Source of the DNA: Podospora anserina | Taxonomy: Eukaryota | NCBI GenBank assembly: GCA_017654855.1 | Contig: CM030335.1 | Coordinates: forward strand, 806,001-870,000 | Length of the DNA: 64,000 nucleotides | Direction: 5' to 3' | Part shown: positions 1-13,500 of the stretch, one piece after another | Layout: every line of letters starts with the position of its first letter | Position numbering within the stretch: the first letter of the stretch is position 1 | The notes under the pieces: generated by a model | Told to the model about the DNA's origin: nothing | What the model saw: only the letters and a program-made list of their open reading frames with translations | Databases searched by the model: none | Made by a program: the position numbers and the translations under genes

Positions 1-1356
1 GGATGGGATGAGAGCCAGACATCTGAACACTTCATCAACCGTTTGTCTCACATCGGCTACACCGACAGACCGAAACCATCCATGGACGAGATCTTAGAAC
101 AGTGGATATTGATGATTCAACGAGTCCGAGCAGTAGGTCATCATCATGGGTGATGAATAGCTGCTCTAAGCAGGTAGGAGCTTGACGAAACTGTGGGTAA
201 ATGTCCAACGATTCCAAAAACTTCCAGCAAGAAATGAGAATACTGTCGAAAGAATAGCATCATATCCTAGATACATTCCTTATAGCACCATCCACGATGA
301 TATAAGTAAGTAAATATCAACATCACCTAGTTGAGAATCTTCTAACCATTTCCCCGGGTACTTTGGCGGACATAACTGCCCGGTCTCTAGGGCTCTCTGG
401 AATGACACTCTTCAGGTGCCACAAACCAAACTACGCCCTCATACTGAGCACACGAGATCAGGAAACAAGCTTTTCCAGGACAACGTTACGTCCCCAAATC
501 ACGGGAACCAACCAGTCAAGCCTTGAAACATCATCCACTTCCTCTAGAACCAGACCGGCCTAAATCCCCGTGTAACAGTGAGCTCAGGCTGAACTCTGGT
601 TCATCACCCCAACACTTGGTGGCGCAGGCTGACGTCGCATACATCAGTAAACCAGTCACTTGAGCCTCAGACAACGATGTCGTGTTTCCAATTTTTGATT
701 TGTCAAAACCTTCCAGAAGCAAAAGAGTCCGAGATGTCGGGTCCATGTGATGATGGGGGGAGAGAAAGCGTGGGGGTGAGTGAGTTGAGACCGCGCGAGG
801 TATATATCCCACGCCCCGTCATCCCAGATCCGTGGTTCAGTGTCGTATCCCTGACCCAAGGTGGTATTTGCTGACACAATGAGTGAGGCTTGAACGGCCA
901 AGGTTTTGGAAGTTGTCGGCCGCTCGCAGTCCGCGGGGAGAAATCACGACAGAGGGATGACCAGGACAGAGAGGGATGGTGGGAGTTTCAAGGATGTCAG
1001 GGAGCAGGATTTGGGTCTTGGATTCTCACCGAGACGGAGATGGAAGGAGATGAACCTGCAGTCGAACCTCGCGTTCATGTATCAGGGGGCGGGGGGTCTC
1101 TTCAGTTGATGGAATATTATTATCAAACTAGCGACTACAAGTTAAGGCCATAAATCTATATAAGCCATTCAAATCATTAACAAGAGCACACCATGAACAA
1201 AGGGAAGAAGCCAAGGCATAATAATAACTTTTCCTCCAGCCCAAACAAACATTACGTCCAACCCATATTGACAACATTCTTTTTTTTTTTTTTTTTTTTT
1301 TTTTTTGCTTTCCCATCATTCTCAGGGCATATACACAACTTCAAAATCCAAAATCT

Positions 1357-4300
1357 TTACACCACCTCCTGCACCCTAGTCACCACCACCTTTTCCTCCC
1401 GCTGCTTACTGGGTGCCTTGCTCAATCTTTTCCCCCTATACGGCGTCCTCCCACTGGTAAACTCCTGCCACCTCGCACTCTTCTTCCTCTGCAGGCCCCC
1501 CTGGTTATTCGCTTTCAAACTATCCTTCTTCTCCCCCTTCTTCAACCACAACTCCCCCTTCCACCCAACCCTCCTGGCGTCAAACAGCGCCTTGTCCTTC
1601 CTCATCCCGGCCAAATGCCACTGAATCCAATACATCTGCTCATGCTCCCTAAGGTACCTCTTCCCATGAAACCCCCTAAGCACCATCTGCCTCCCGAGCA
1701 ACCCCAGCTTCCTCCGGTCCTCGGCCTTGTCATACATCCGCTTGGTAAGCCACTTGACATCCGTAGCCGTCAAGGTATCCGGCATGAGCAAATGAGGCGG
1801 CACCGAGCCCCGCTTGTCAACATCACCCGCGAACTTGGCCCAGGGACCAGACATGGCCAACATGGCAATCTGCGCCCTGGCCAAAGCGGTCGGATCATTA
1901 GGCGGGACAACCTCGCCGTACCTCACGGACGGGTCATCCGGGTTGGTGAGCACCAAAGCAGTCGCGCCGACAGCCGTCGCCACAATGGGGACACCCGCCA
2001 GGGCAGCCTCGGCGATGGCAAGCGGCAGCCCCTCCGAAAGCGACGAGTTCATAAACAGCCACGCGTCCTTCAGCGCCTGGTCCGGCTTGCCGAACCCCTT
2101 GAGGGTGACGTGGTTCGTCAGGCCGCACGACTCGATCAGCCGGCACATGTCAATGTCGTACCCCGGCTCCCTGTCTCTCGCCCCGTAGACCAAAAGCTTG
2201 TACTCGGCAAACCCGTACTTGTTGACGATGACGTCGGCGGCCAGGATGGCCGTCTTGATGTCCTTGATGAACTGGACGTTTGACAGCATCACCACGGTGG
2301 GGGTGTCGGTGCCGACCTGCTCGACCGGCTTGAAGGCGTCCATGTTGCTGACGCCGTTGACGATGGGGTCGATCTTGCGGGCAAACGTCTTTTTGTGCGA
2401 GAGCCGGTTGCCATCGGTGCCGAGGTCTTGCTCCCAGATGGGGTTGAAGACGGGCGTGCACGGCAGGACGACGTCGGCGTGGAAGTAGGCCAGCTTCATG
2501 GCGAGGCCGATGCCGGACAGGAGCATGGACTGGACGGGAAGCGGGAGGGTGGACTGAGCGGGGGAGATGTTGAGGCAGCACTCTCTCCAGAGGATGGCGT
2601 GGTCCCAGATGCCAAAGGTGGCCCCCCGCTTGTACTTGAGCAGCATGCCGAACAGGCTGCTGATGCCGTGATGTGTCGACTGGAAGACCTTGGGGCAGTC
2701 CTCGGGGGTCTGGACCGAAAAGATGAAAAAGTACGAGCAGAAGATCTCGAGAGTCGCGCGAAAGTCGGTCATGGACGGCTTCTCAACTTCAAAGTAGGAG
2801 CTCGGATCAACAATGTTGTCGTCGTCGTACTCTGTCAACCAAGCCTCCACCCACGCAGACGCCACCTCCCTTGACTTCCACGCCTTGTTGTAGTCCTTGT
2901 GCTCAAAGAACTCAAAGATGCCCAGCATGGCGTTGCTGTAGTGGATCATATCCTGCTTGGGAATATGCCTCGACCTCGCCCCCTTGACAAAAAGTTTGAT
3001 CAAAGGGACAAACGTGCCGGCAATGTCCCGATAGGTATCCGTCACAGCAATCTTGGCATCCACCTCCGACTCAAGCAGATTGTCAATAACCCCATGATTC
3101 GGCGTCCTCCCGTCCAACCCCCACAGAGGCAACATCTTCAAGCTCTGCACGCTCTTCTCCACCTGAAACCTCGGGATTCCATACTCATTCGCCGACTCGG
3201 CCAACACATGATTCCGGATCGTGCTGTGCCCATTCACCAAATCCCTCCTGCAATTGCTCACCCCCCCGGGGGAATCCGGCCAGCACCCAATGTCATTAAA
3301 AATAACCGATATCCTCTCGTGCGTATCCCTAAAGCAATCGCCCGGCCTCATCGTAAGCTGGTTCGCATCCCTCCCCAACCCCATAGCATACAAATCCGAG
3401 TACTTGATCGGCAGCAGACAAACCTCCGAGACGTCCTTCTCAATCTCGATCGCGCTGACAATCTGCTCAATTGCCCCGTCCAGCGCAGCCTTTGCCTTGT
3501 CGAGCTGACCAGCGTTTCTCGCGCTCCAGTACTTCTTGAGCAGGGGCTCCTCCCGGAGGATGAGCTCGTCCATCCAGCAGGCCGCGATCGCGTCCAGAAC
3601 CCCGCCGCCCTTGCGCCAGTGGTCCCAGAGCTCGGTTCTCAACCACCACGTCGGCACGGGCCGGTAGATGGTCTTTTGCCGTCTGTACAGCCACGCGGCC
3701 GGGTTCAGGACCGAGATCCACGACATGCTGTGCCCGCAGAAGCGCGCCATCCGCCGGACGTGGTCGACCCGGTGGTGGATCAGCAGGTCGTCGTTCTCAA
3801 AGTAGTGGTCGTTGGGTCGTTGGAGGAAGAGCTCCTCGTGCTGGAAGACGACGGGGGGCTTGGCGACGGCTGCTGCTGCTGCTGCTTTGGTGTTGTCCCC
3901 TTGTTCCGAGAGCAGCACCGTCATCATGACGGGGTCGCGACGGTGTTGGTAGTCGCTTGTGGTGACGTACTTCTTCCCGGCGATGGTCCTGACGACGCGG
4001 CAGACGCGGTCCGAAGGGACCCAATTCAGCTTCTCCGAGGAGAGGTCTTCGCGGAGGGGCGTGCCCCAAAAGACGGCCATGCTGTCGGAAGACGAGTTGT
4101 TGTTGTTGTTGTTGTTGTGGTGGTGGTGGTGGTGGTGGTTGGCGGTGGCTGGCTTGAACTCGGCTTTGAGGATTTCGTGGTTGCCTTTGGGGCTGGACTT
4201 GTAAAAGTACTGGAACGAGTACTCGATCCCGTCGTAGGCCATGGTGCCGTGGGTGACGCGTCCCTTCTTGTCGTAGAAGCACTGCTTGGTGTGCTTCTGG

Positions 4301-7300
4301 TCGGAAACGACCTTGCAGCTGGGGTACCGCGACTTGGTGCTGTCGCCATACGTGTAGGTGGTGACAGTGTCACCACTCTTGGAGATATCGCGCCGGGTGA
4401 TGAGACGAGAGGCGTTGTCGTAGATGGCAGTGGCAAGCGGCTTGTGCTCCTCTCCCGGCTTGGTCTTGAGCGCGCCTTCAAACACCTCCAACGTCATCGA
4501 GTTCTCACCGGGTCGGGACGCAAAACCAGTCACGACCTTGCGGCGAAGCTCGGCGGTGATGCGGTCCTTGACCAGGGTTCTGGAGACACCCTTTTTGGCG
4601 AGGCGGGAGATGTTGACCAGGGCGGCATGGCGGTAGATGAGCAGCAGAGATGTGATGGCGTTCTTGACCCAGCGGCATCCTCTCCAGATGAGCGTGATAA
4701 GGTACATCAGAGGTGTGCGCATCCAGGGGTAGTGCCGCAGGTTGTACCAGAGTTCTCGCTCAAGGTGGGAACCGCCTCCGGAGATGATACCAACCCATTT
4801 TGCCAGCGTGACGGGGAGATTGATGATGCGGGCAAAGAAGGGAGTAGACTGTCTGGTCTTGCCTGAGCCAGGGCCGGCGAGGATGTCATTGCCATAGTTG
4901 GGTGGAGTGCGAGTACCCAAGACCTCTTCAGTCTTGCTCAAGATGAGGTTGCAGAGCTCGACTTGGAAGTTGACCGAGGAGATGTCGAGACCCCTCTCAT
5001 TGAGCCACTCCAAAATACCGTTGGAAGGTGAGAGCTCCGCGCCCATCATGCGCTGGAACATGGAAGCACGAACAGCAGGTGGCAGGAGCTCCCACTCAGA
5101 GTCGATCTCGACGCCAAAGCAGAGGTGCTTCATCAGCATGCGCTGGGTCGTCTCCTTGACGATGAGGAGACTAGTGTAATCATCGCCAGCAAGCTGAAGC
5201 TCGATTCGTTTGGACAAGGACTCGGTGCCAAACAGGATATGCTCAGCCTGGATGGCCTGGTCGGCAGTCAGGCCAAGGGAGGCGCGAGCAATGTGATGCA
5301 GGGTAGCCTCGGCGATGATTTGAGCAGCCAACAACTCCCACGCCTCATTGCCCAAGTCCATCTCCCCAAGGCCGGCGACATCGATGTAGTGGATTTCACC
5401 AACCTGCTTGCCAATGGACACAGCATCTTCGAACCCGCCCTCAATAAACGCCGAGCGGGAGCACATGTTGACCTGGATCTGCTTGTCCTGCCACAGCTGC
5501 ACCGTCGTCTCAAGCAGCTGCCTAGCCCAAGGAGCCTTGTCAAAGTTCGCCGAGGGCCGGTCAAGACTTGACCGCAAGAAGGCGAAGACTCTCTCTGGCA
5601 ACCCAGCGGTAGCTTGCGTGAAGATGGGAGTACCAGGCAGGTCCCTCCAGTGGGTCTTCTCCGACGTGGCGGGGGGTGCGCCCAGGCGAGGCTGAACCAA
5701 CGTGTCAGCCTCGTCAACTCGACCCTCGCCATCCTTGAACTTGGGTCTGCCAAAGTCATACACGGCCCAGATGGTCGTCGTCGCTGCCGCCGTAAGCGAG
5801 GCAACGTTGAGCGCGATGGCGTCGGTGAAGAACAAGCCGTTGCCATGAAAGACAACGTGGAGCATGCACCCAGTGATGAAGCCAAAGATGGCAGAGACGA
5901 GAATAGCCGCCAAGTGAGACGAGGGATCCGTGGTGAAGCAGCGGTTGAACTATATATACACACCCCAGCCGGTTAAACGATGCACAAAAAGACGAGGTCT
6001 CGGGATGTTGTTGCACACTTGTCCCGCCTATGGGGAAACGTACCTGAAACAGTATCACGCCTGAATAGCCCAACAGGTAAATGTAGTACAGTTCGAGCAT
6101 CTGCGCATCGTCGACGAGGGTCCAAACAAGCATCGTCCCGGTACCCATGATGAGCATCAGTCTCCGCACCAGCCAAAACAGCGCGGAGAAATAAAGCCCT
6201 CTCCGCTTTCTGTGATCTCATAGTCAGCTTCCCCCTCTTTCTCACTCCAGGAGCACGGCAGATAAGGTACTCACCTCTCCCACTCCCCACTCACGCCCTC
6301 CGCCTCCCCCAAGCTCCCCAGCCTCTCCTCGCTCAAATCATACTTTGCCTTCCAGTACTCCCTCAACATGCTATCCAGCATCATCACGCTCGCGCAAAAG
6401 TACAGGATCGCGAAGCAAATCGCGTACCTCGATGTAAACGTGGTAAAGTAGTCAATCGGCGCCGAGTTGGCCGCCATCGCGATGCTCACCCACCGATCCA
6501 TCAGACAAATCAGAAACAAGCCCACATTCTGCCCGATATCCAGCTTGCCGTACCGAAACAGCATGAAGATGCTGTGCTCCTTCAGTCCCTGCGCCATCTG
6601 CTGCTGGCGCTTCAGGGCCTGGGAAAGCTGCGAGAACCAGGCGACAGAAAACATCTCGGCCGGCTGGTTGTCTTCGGTGGCGTCCTTCTTCATGAGCCAG
6701 AGGATGTAGGGCAGGCCTTTGACTATCCTTCTGATCAGAGGGTCGGGAGTGATAACCGTGTTCTTGAGGTGGCCAAAGTTGGTGCTGCCTTGGGTGATTG
6801 TCTCGCGAAAGGCCTGCAGGGCGAGCTTCTTGAAGTTGTCTGGGTTTTCCGAGAGGGAGTCAGACACCGACGAGGTGCTGCTGCTGCTCTGGTTGCCGGA
6901 CGATTGTTGCTTCTCCAGCCGGGTCGTGTACCAAGTCAGAATGTCCTTCTCGGTAAACTTGGGCACGTTGTCGAGCCAGTTGATCCACTCGTGGCAGAGG
7001 CTGCGGTATTGGATCAGGAGGAGGATCAAGAAGCCGAAGCCGACCGAGAGGTAGATTTCGAGGTCGTGGCCGTTGAGGTAGGTCGACACGATGGGGGAGA
7101 TGAAAAGGAGGGGGAGGGTGCGCCAGAGGACGGTGCGGCCGGACGTGAGGGGGGTGCCGTGCTGGTGCATGGTGGCCATGATTCCCAGCACGTTCAGATA
7201 CGTCGAGATCAGCACGAGGTACGCAAAATACGTAAACGCCGGCGCGACCCCGACCTTGACGATGTGAATCACCGTCCCGACAACACCCACCAGCAAGGTC

Positions 7301-10300
7301 AACGCAAACCCGCCAGCAAGACGCTGAACGTGGAAGAAGACCATGTTGTTGTAGGCATACTACACCTCATATGTCAGCCACTCAATCATCACAAGCAGCA
7401 ACAAAAGAAAAAGAAAAAACTCACATTGTAGAGGTAGTAATTTCCCACACTCCCCACCCACCCCGTCACCCCCGCCGAAAGCAACAAGCTGATCAACAAG
7501 GCATAACACGCCGCCGACAAATACTTCTCCCCCATGTACGCCGTCATGAACAACCCCCTCCCCAAAAACGTCAGCAGCACAATGTCCAACATGGCCGGCA
7601 GGCAAAAAATCGACAAGGCCCCAAACTCGGACGTCGCCCTCCTCATCCCCTGCACGGCCTTGAACACACTAAACCCCTGCCTCGCCGGCCCCTCAGGGTC
7701 AATCTTCCTGATCCCGGTGGACGGCTCCGGCTTGGCATACACCGTCATCAACCCCTTCTGCTCCTTGGTCAACGGCGGTGGCGGGTCAGCCGCGAGGAAC
7801 TCCCGGTGACGGGCGTAGATGATCCGACCCAAAGCACGCGGCGGCATGCCGAAGTAGAGCTCACACTGCGACCCGAGGACCCAGAGCTCGGAAAAGACGG
7901 CGGCCTGGTCGGGCTGGGAAAAGACGGGGCAGTGGTCCGTCGCTTCAATGTAGACGTCTTCCAGCGCCGACTTTCGCAGCGCGCAGAGAAAGAGGAGGAT
8001 GACAAACTCGGCGTTGGGGTCGACGTGCTTGCTGTCGTGGAGGCAGTTCAGGGGGTCGTAGGCGAGGGTGAGGGCCGAGTTGATCGTGTTGAGGGGTTCA
8101 ATGTCGCCGACGAAGAGGCAGTGGTCGACCAAGTTCTCCATCAGCTCGTGCAATTTGAGGAGGTTGCCAAGGGAGGGAAGTCTTTTCGCGCCCAAGCGGG
8201 CAAAGTGGGAGAGGCGGTTTCGCAGGAGCTGCTCCATGGTGATGGTCCCCTCTTGATACTTGCGGGAGTGGGCGTCGTTCCACGAGGCGACGGAGGTCTC
8301 GTCGAGGAGGAGAACCCGGCAGTCGTCCTGGATGGGCCGCTTGAAGGCGTGCTCGACTTTGCTGGTTTGGAGTCGCTGCAGCAGGCTGAGGGCTTCGGCC
8401 GGGGTCGAGCCCTGGATGGCTGTCCTGATGCTCAGGGGTACCTCTGCCGTCGAGGTGGGATCCAACGCCTTCTCCAACCTCAGCTCCTCTTCGAACCGCT
8501 CGATGCGGGTCAACCCGTGGTGGGCAAACCAGGTGTGAAGGATGGTGCTGACATCCCAGGGACACCTCCGCGAGATGTACAACCTCACCCCCACCTTCTC
8601 CTCCCCCTCGACCAAAAACTCGCTGCTCACCCCCCAAAACTCGGCCGCATTATCCGGGATACTAAACCCCGTCGCGAGCCCCTTGTAAACAACAACCTTT
8701 TGCTGCTTCAACCCCTCATAAAGCGCATTGACCAAGTACGGCTCGGCAGAACTCTCCTGAAAAGCCCTGAGCTGCTCAACAATCTTGTTGATAACCACCT
8801 CATCCACCACCTCCAACATCTCCAACTCCCTCAGGTGCTCCTGCGTAGCCAGCACCGCCTCGTAATGCTCAGCAGTAGCATCAACATGAAGCGGCACACA
8901 CCCCAAACAGGAAACCTCCTCCCCCGCCCCCGTCCCGTCCCAGAACCCCACCAACGAACCCGGCATCTCATATTCGCCCCCAGCACCACCTCTTCCAGCC
9001 GTAGAGGAAAGCAGCGACAACCGATGCCTGTCCACCTCCTCCACCTTGTCGTCATCCCCCTCCCCAACCGCCACCCCCTCCAACAACACATCTATCTCCG
9101 GCAAAAAATCTTTCATCTCCTCCAAATCCAACCCCGCCACCTCTTCTGCCCCTTCTCCAAAATAAACCCCCTTCCCCTGCCCCATCCACACCTTTTGCAA
9201 GTCCGTCGTCTCCGGCTTCCTCAAAACCTCAAACCCGCTCACACTCCTCCCCATTTCTCCCCCGTTGGGGCCATGGGCCAACACCCCCTCAAAATGCCTG
9301 GCCAGCTTCTCCCCCCTCACCACCACCGCCGGGCTGGGCCTGACATCCCAACGATCCCAAAACCCGACGAAAAACCAGGGCCGGTCGGACCTCTCCCCAA
9401 GAACGCGGGACATGAGGTTGCGGAGGGGGTAGCTCCGGAAGAAGTCACGTCTTGTTCCGTCGGGGAGGATACACGCGTTTTGGATGATCAGACCGGCCAC
9501 GAGGGACAGGTCGACGTGGGAGAGGGGTAGGGAGTCTGCCAAGTCATGGGGGAGGGTGATGAGGGTGGGGATGTCGATTTCTTGGAGGCGGGTCAGGAGG
9601 TCGTGGAGGATGACTACGTCTTGGTTGTTGTCGGAGGTGGTGGTGGAAGGGGAGGAGAGGGAGATGACGACCCCGGAGGCGGAAAAGTCATCTTTGATTA
9701 GCTTGGTAAGGTACCGGACCCAGTTGGGGAGGGTAGTTCTTGTGATGTGCTGCAGGGCGACAGAGCCGAGAATCACAGGTTTATCCTGCGAGTTGCCAGG
9801 TCCTATCCTGGGGGGGTTTGTCCTGATGGGAGAGGATGTCGAACCCAGTGATCTCAGGGGGACAATGTAAGCGTGATGAGAGGGGTGCTCATTCTCACTC
9901 CCCAAACCACCACCACCATCCGCCAAGATGGCAGCAGTGTCCTCGCCCTCGCCCTCGCCCTCGCCGAGAAAGTGAAGATGCTGAACCGACGACAGCAACT
10001 TCGCTTCCGTGGTGCTCGTCGACGGGAGGGACGTCAACGACCTCGACTTGTTCTTGGTTTTACTTCCCAGTATTGATGGGGGTATCCTCCTATTAGGGCA
10101 TGTTAGCTTGATATCAAAACCGAGGTGGCGATGGAGGCAGACATACCTCTCTGTCCCGCTCCGTCGACGACTCCAACTCCTCCCCAACACCACCAACTGC
10201 TTGATCACAAAGTACAGCACCGGCAGCCCCAGGCACACGGCCCCATACACCAGCGTGAACACCTGCAGCGGCGTCTTGAGCCGGTCCTCGGACGGTATCA

Positions 10301-10403
10301 CCTTGTTGCAGTAGACCTGGCGTTGGTCGGTGAGGTTCCCGTCCGGGTTGCATTCCTTGACCACCGGGTCACCCGACGTCGGTAACTGAAAGAATGAGGC
10401 CAT
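1357..10403 (-). CDS. gtb3: GAG synthase, large multi-TM glycosyltransferase family 4 protein (about 2921 aa, 5 exons)
   Basis: Exons 10403-10147, 10089-7425, 7359-6275, 6209-6044, 5949-1357 are joined by GT-AG introns and sum to 8766 nt in frame. The C-terminal GT4/GT-B domain has MLSNVQFIKDIKTAILAA and NSSLSEGLPLAIAEAALAGVPIVATAVG. There is a central multi-pass TM block, and the gene is clustered with uge3/sph3/ega3/agd3 homologs. Confidence 0.93.
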
Positions 10404-10512
10404 GATGGCGATATGGCGGGAGGGTGTGACAAGCAGAAAGAGAAAGAAACAACAAGAAAAAAACTAGCACTAGTGACGATGCGGGTGCGTACTTGGAGAT
10501 GGGTAGGTATCC

Positions 10513-10562
10513 CGCACACGCACGCACACACACACACACACACGCACGCACACGCACACACA
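10513..10562. repeat. (CA)n/(CACG)n microsatellite upstream of gtb3
   Basis: CGCACACGCACGCACACACACACACACACACGCACGCACACGCACACA is visible directly. Confidence 0.9.
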
Positions 10563-13500
10563 CCGACGACGCTAACAGATGATTAGGGATTACTATGTCA
10601 TGAATGAATAGTTAGACTAGGTAAAGTGACACACACGATGATAGGGAACGACGGGATGCTGAAAGCAAGGCAAGGCAAGATAGTGTCGGTGCTGGTTGCT
10701 GGTGCTGGTGCTGGTGCGGTGCTCTCACACCTGCATGACAGAAGGTAGGATGGATCATGTGTACACACCGGTATTATTTCCTCCTATTCCACATTCCCCC
10801 CCAAGAGAACAATAACCGCCCTTTCCGACGGGATATCCAGAACAATCGACGACGAGATTGTTGCCGAACCCGACCCGTGTGTGCGTGTGTTTCTCGTACT
10901 ATGTGTTGATGGTCGACGACGCCAAGGTATAAATTTACCTCAACCTCATCAAACCCACCACGCACTTTGTTGCCTATCACTGGAGACGACGCAGGCGACG
11001 ATGTTCAAGAAAACGAAAGTAGAACTTCCCCAAGGCCAGAAACAAGGTGGCCCACGAGAATCAAGACGACGACGATCCTGCAGAAACGAAAGACAAGATG
11101 ACGGTGAAGAGATAGGATGGGGTTGACCGACAATGGGGGAAGGGGCCAAGGGGTCTAGACAAGCCACGAGAGGAGATAAAAAAAATGGATATTAAGGGAA
11201 GGGGATGTGGTGATCAGTGTGAGCAGATCCCCATTTGTTTGTTTGACGAATGACAACGAAACCCACCCACGGCGAATTCTTGGCCCTCTCTTTGCTTGGT
11301 TACTTGGCTCCAAGATGAGCTTGATGAGCTTGTTCGTCTCGCCTCGCATGGACCCGGGATGGGTATCCATCCAGCCACAACATCCGAGGGAGACCCAAGC
11401 CTTCCTTTTTCCCCCAGCCGAAAGAGTCAAAGGAAGAGAAAAAAAAAGCCTCCTGGCTGAACTAGGGCTGCCGGACACCCCGGCCGTTCATTGTGGTCAC
11501 ACACCACGGTGGCGGCCACCGAATGGCCAGGCGCCAAAGACTCGTCAGAAAGAAGAAGCAGTCCGTTATCCATCCCGGACATGTTGTTGTTCTCTTGGAC
11601 GACTTCCGGTTTCGAAAAGAGGCTGAGACACAAAGTGTGATGTAACATCTGCTTGGTTAAGGCAAAGCTTGCGGGATGCGGGTGTGGCGCCCTCACTACT
11701 GAAAGACAGCAGCTGTGCCAAAGAGAAAGCTGTCTCAGCAAGGTTCTTGGTTTTCTTGGTGCCCAAAAGCAGGGCAACCAAATCCGATATCCCACAGTTT
11801 TGCGGCAAATACAAACCTCGAGTTCGGCGTCCGAGTCCAGGTCCCAAGGAGGGAAAGGGAGCAAAAAAAAACGAGGGGGGGGGGGGCTTGGTTGTGTCCG
11901 TCCTCGCTCGGGGACCACCAGCACACAAACCACACAACCACCCACCTACCTACCTACCTTACCCTACCCCACCGAACATACATATCTCTCTTGCCCCTTG
12001 CAATGTAACAGCGGGTCTGTTCGCCGGTCAACTTCAGGGAGAGTCGACTCAGACTGAGTCGCATCCCAAAATAACGCAGAGAGTGGTACGGGTACGGAGC
12101 TAGATCTGCAACCCTTTTAGCGCATGTCCACGTGGATACACGGTGAGGGTTTGAAGTTGCACAGTTTGACTTGGTACAACGTCAGAGAAAATAAAAAATA
12201 AAAATACGGGCTCCGAATGAAATTGTCTGGTGTGCCTTTTTTTCTCTCCCTCCTTCTTTGTGTGGCTTGTGTGAGCTGGCCGAGGCCAAACTCCGCTGTG
12301 CCCACGTTTGCCGTTCGCTAATGTATGCTGTTGGTTTTGTCGATGGGACGCAAATACAATGGATGTGTCCCAAAGGGGAACAAAGGGAACAAGGGAATAT
12401 AGGCAAATAACAAAATATGCATCTGTTGAGGTTTCGCCCCCACGGCCCCATTGTTTTGTCCAGTCCAGGTGTGGACAGTTTTCTTTGTGAACGTGGTGTC
12501 GGTGAGCTTCGTTTCTGGTAGGGCCAAGATCTAACGTGGACAACCAACGCTCGCTGTCAGCTAGTTCAGCCTGCCTTGCTTGGGCATATGCTAGCTTTTC
12601 CCGCTAGGTAAGCACTGGTAAGCTAGCTGCTGCGCACTAACAGCACTTCCAGGTTCCCGATAATCCTTTAGGCCCGAATTGTCATAGCAAAAACGGCCGG
12701 CAGTGTACGACAAATGGCGCCGACGTTGGCATCGGAGCGGCTGATGGCTTTTTTAGAAAAGAAAGCAAATACGATGAGAATGGGTGAGATGGGAGATTGC
12801 GCGCGCTCGGTTGTCGGTTAACGGTACGGCTCCCTGCGTGGAACGTCTGCGAGTCTCCCGTCCATGAGAGAAGAGTCGATGGGAGCTGGAGCTGTGTGTG
12901 TCTGTGTGTGTGTGACAGTATCGGGGGGGAGGCGCTTGGGCGCTTACCGGGGCTTTTGTGCTCCCACAATAAGAATATTCCGGAACCTGGGCAAGGATCG
13001 GCACCTCAGTTGCCGGCCTGTCATCAAAAGGCTGATCGGGGAGCAAGGGGTCAAGCTGATAGGCCGCTCTCCCCCATATACGCGCTAACGCACGGCGAGA
13101 TCGAAGCCCCACGGAGATCACTTCTTGTGGTGTGGTTGCCAAGCCCAAGGTTGCTCTGACTGTTAACTTGGTGACTTGTTGGCGTTCCTGTCTTCCGTTT
13201 TCGAGTGACATTGCAGCTCCAGACGAGATGAGATGCAGCTTCTCTCCTGTACAGTACTCGCCGTATGTAACCCCGCCCGGCCAACGTCGAGCCTTGTCTG
13301 TGACTGTCAACCACTTGTTTCTCCACGCGGCCGTCGACTTCGTTCGTTGGAAAGAAAAGAAAAAGAAGAAAGAATTTTTCTCGTGTTGGCTTTTGGGCGT
13401 CCTGCAAGATTTTCCCCAGGTCGGGACAAATTCCGAAATGCTCGAATCGAATTGGGCGAAGCGAATCGCCTTATTCTTTGCCAAGCTCCCTCGAGGTCAA

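Noticed and set aside
2899..4866. 655-aa plus-strand ORF
   Set aside because: Antisense shadow of GC3-rich gtb3; no recognisable motifs.
7371..9530. 719-aa plus-strand ORF
   Set aside because: Antisense shadow of gtb3 exon 2.
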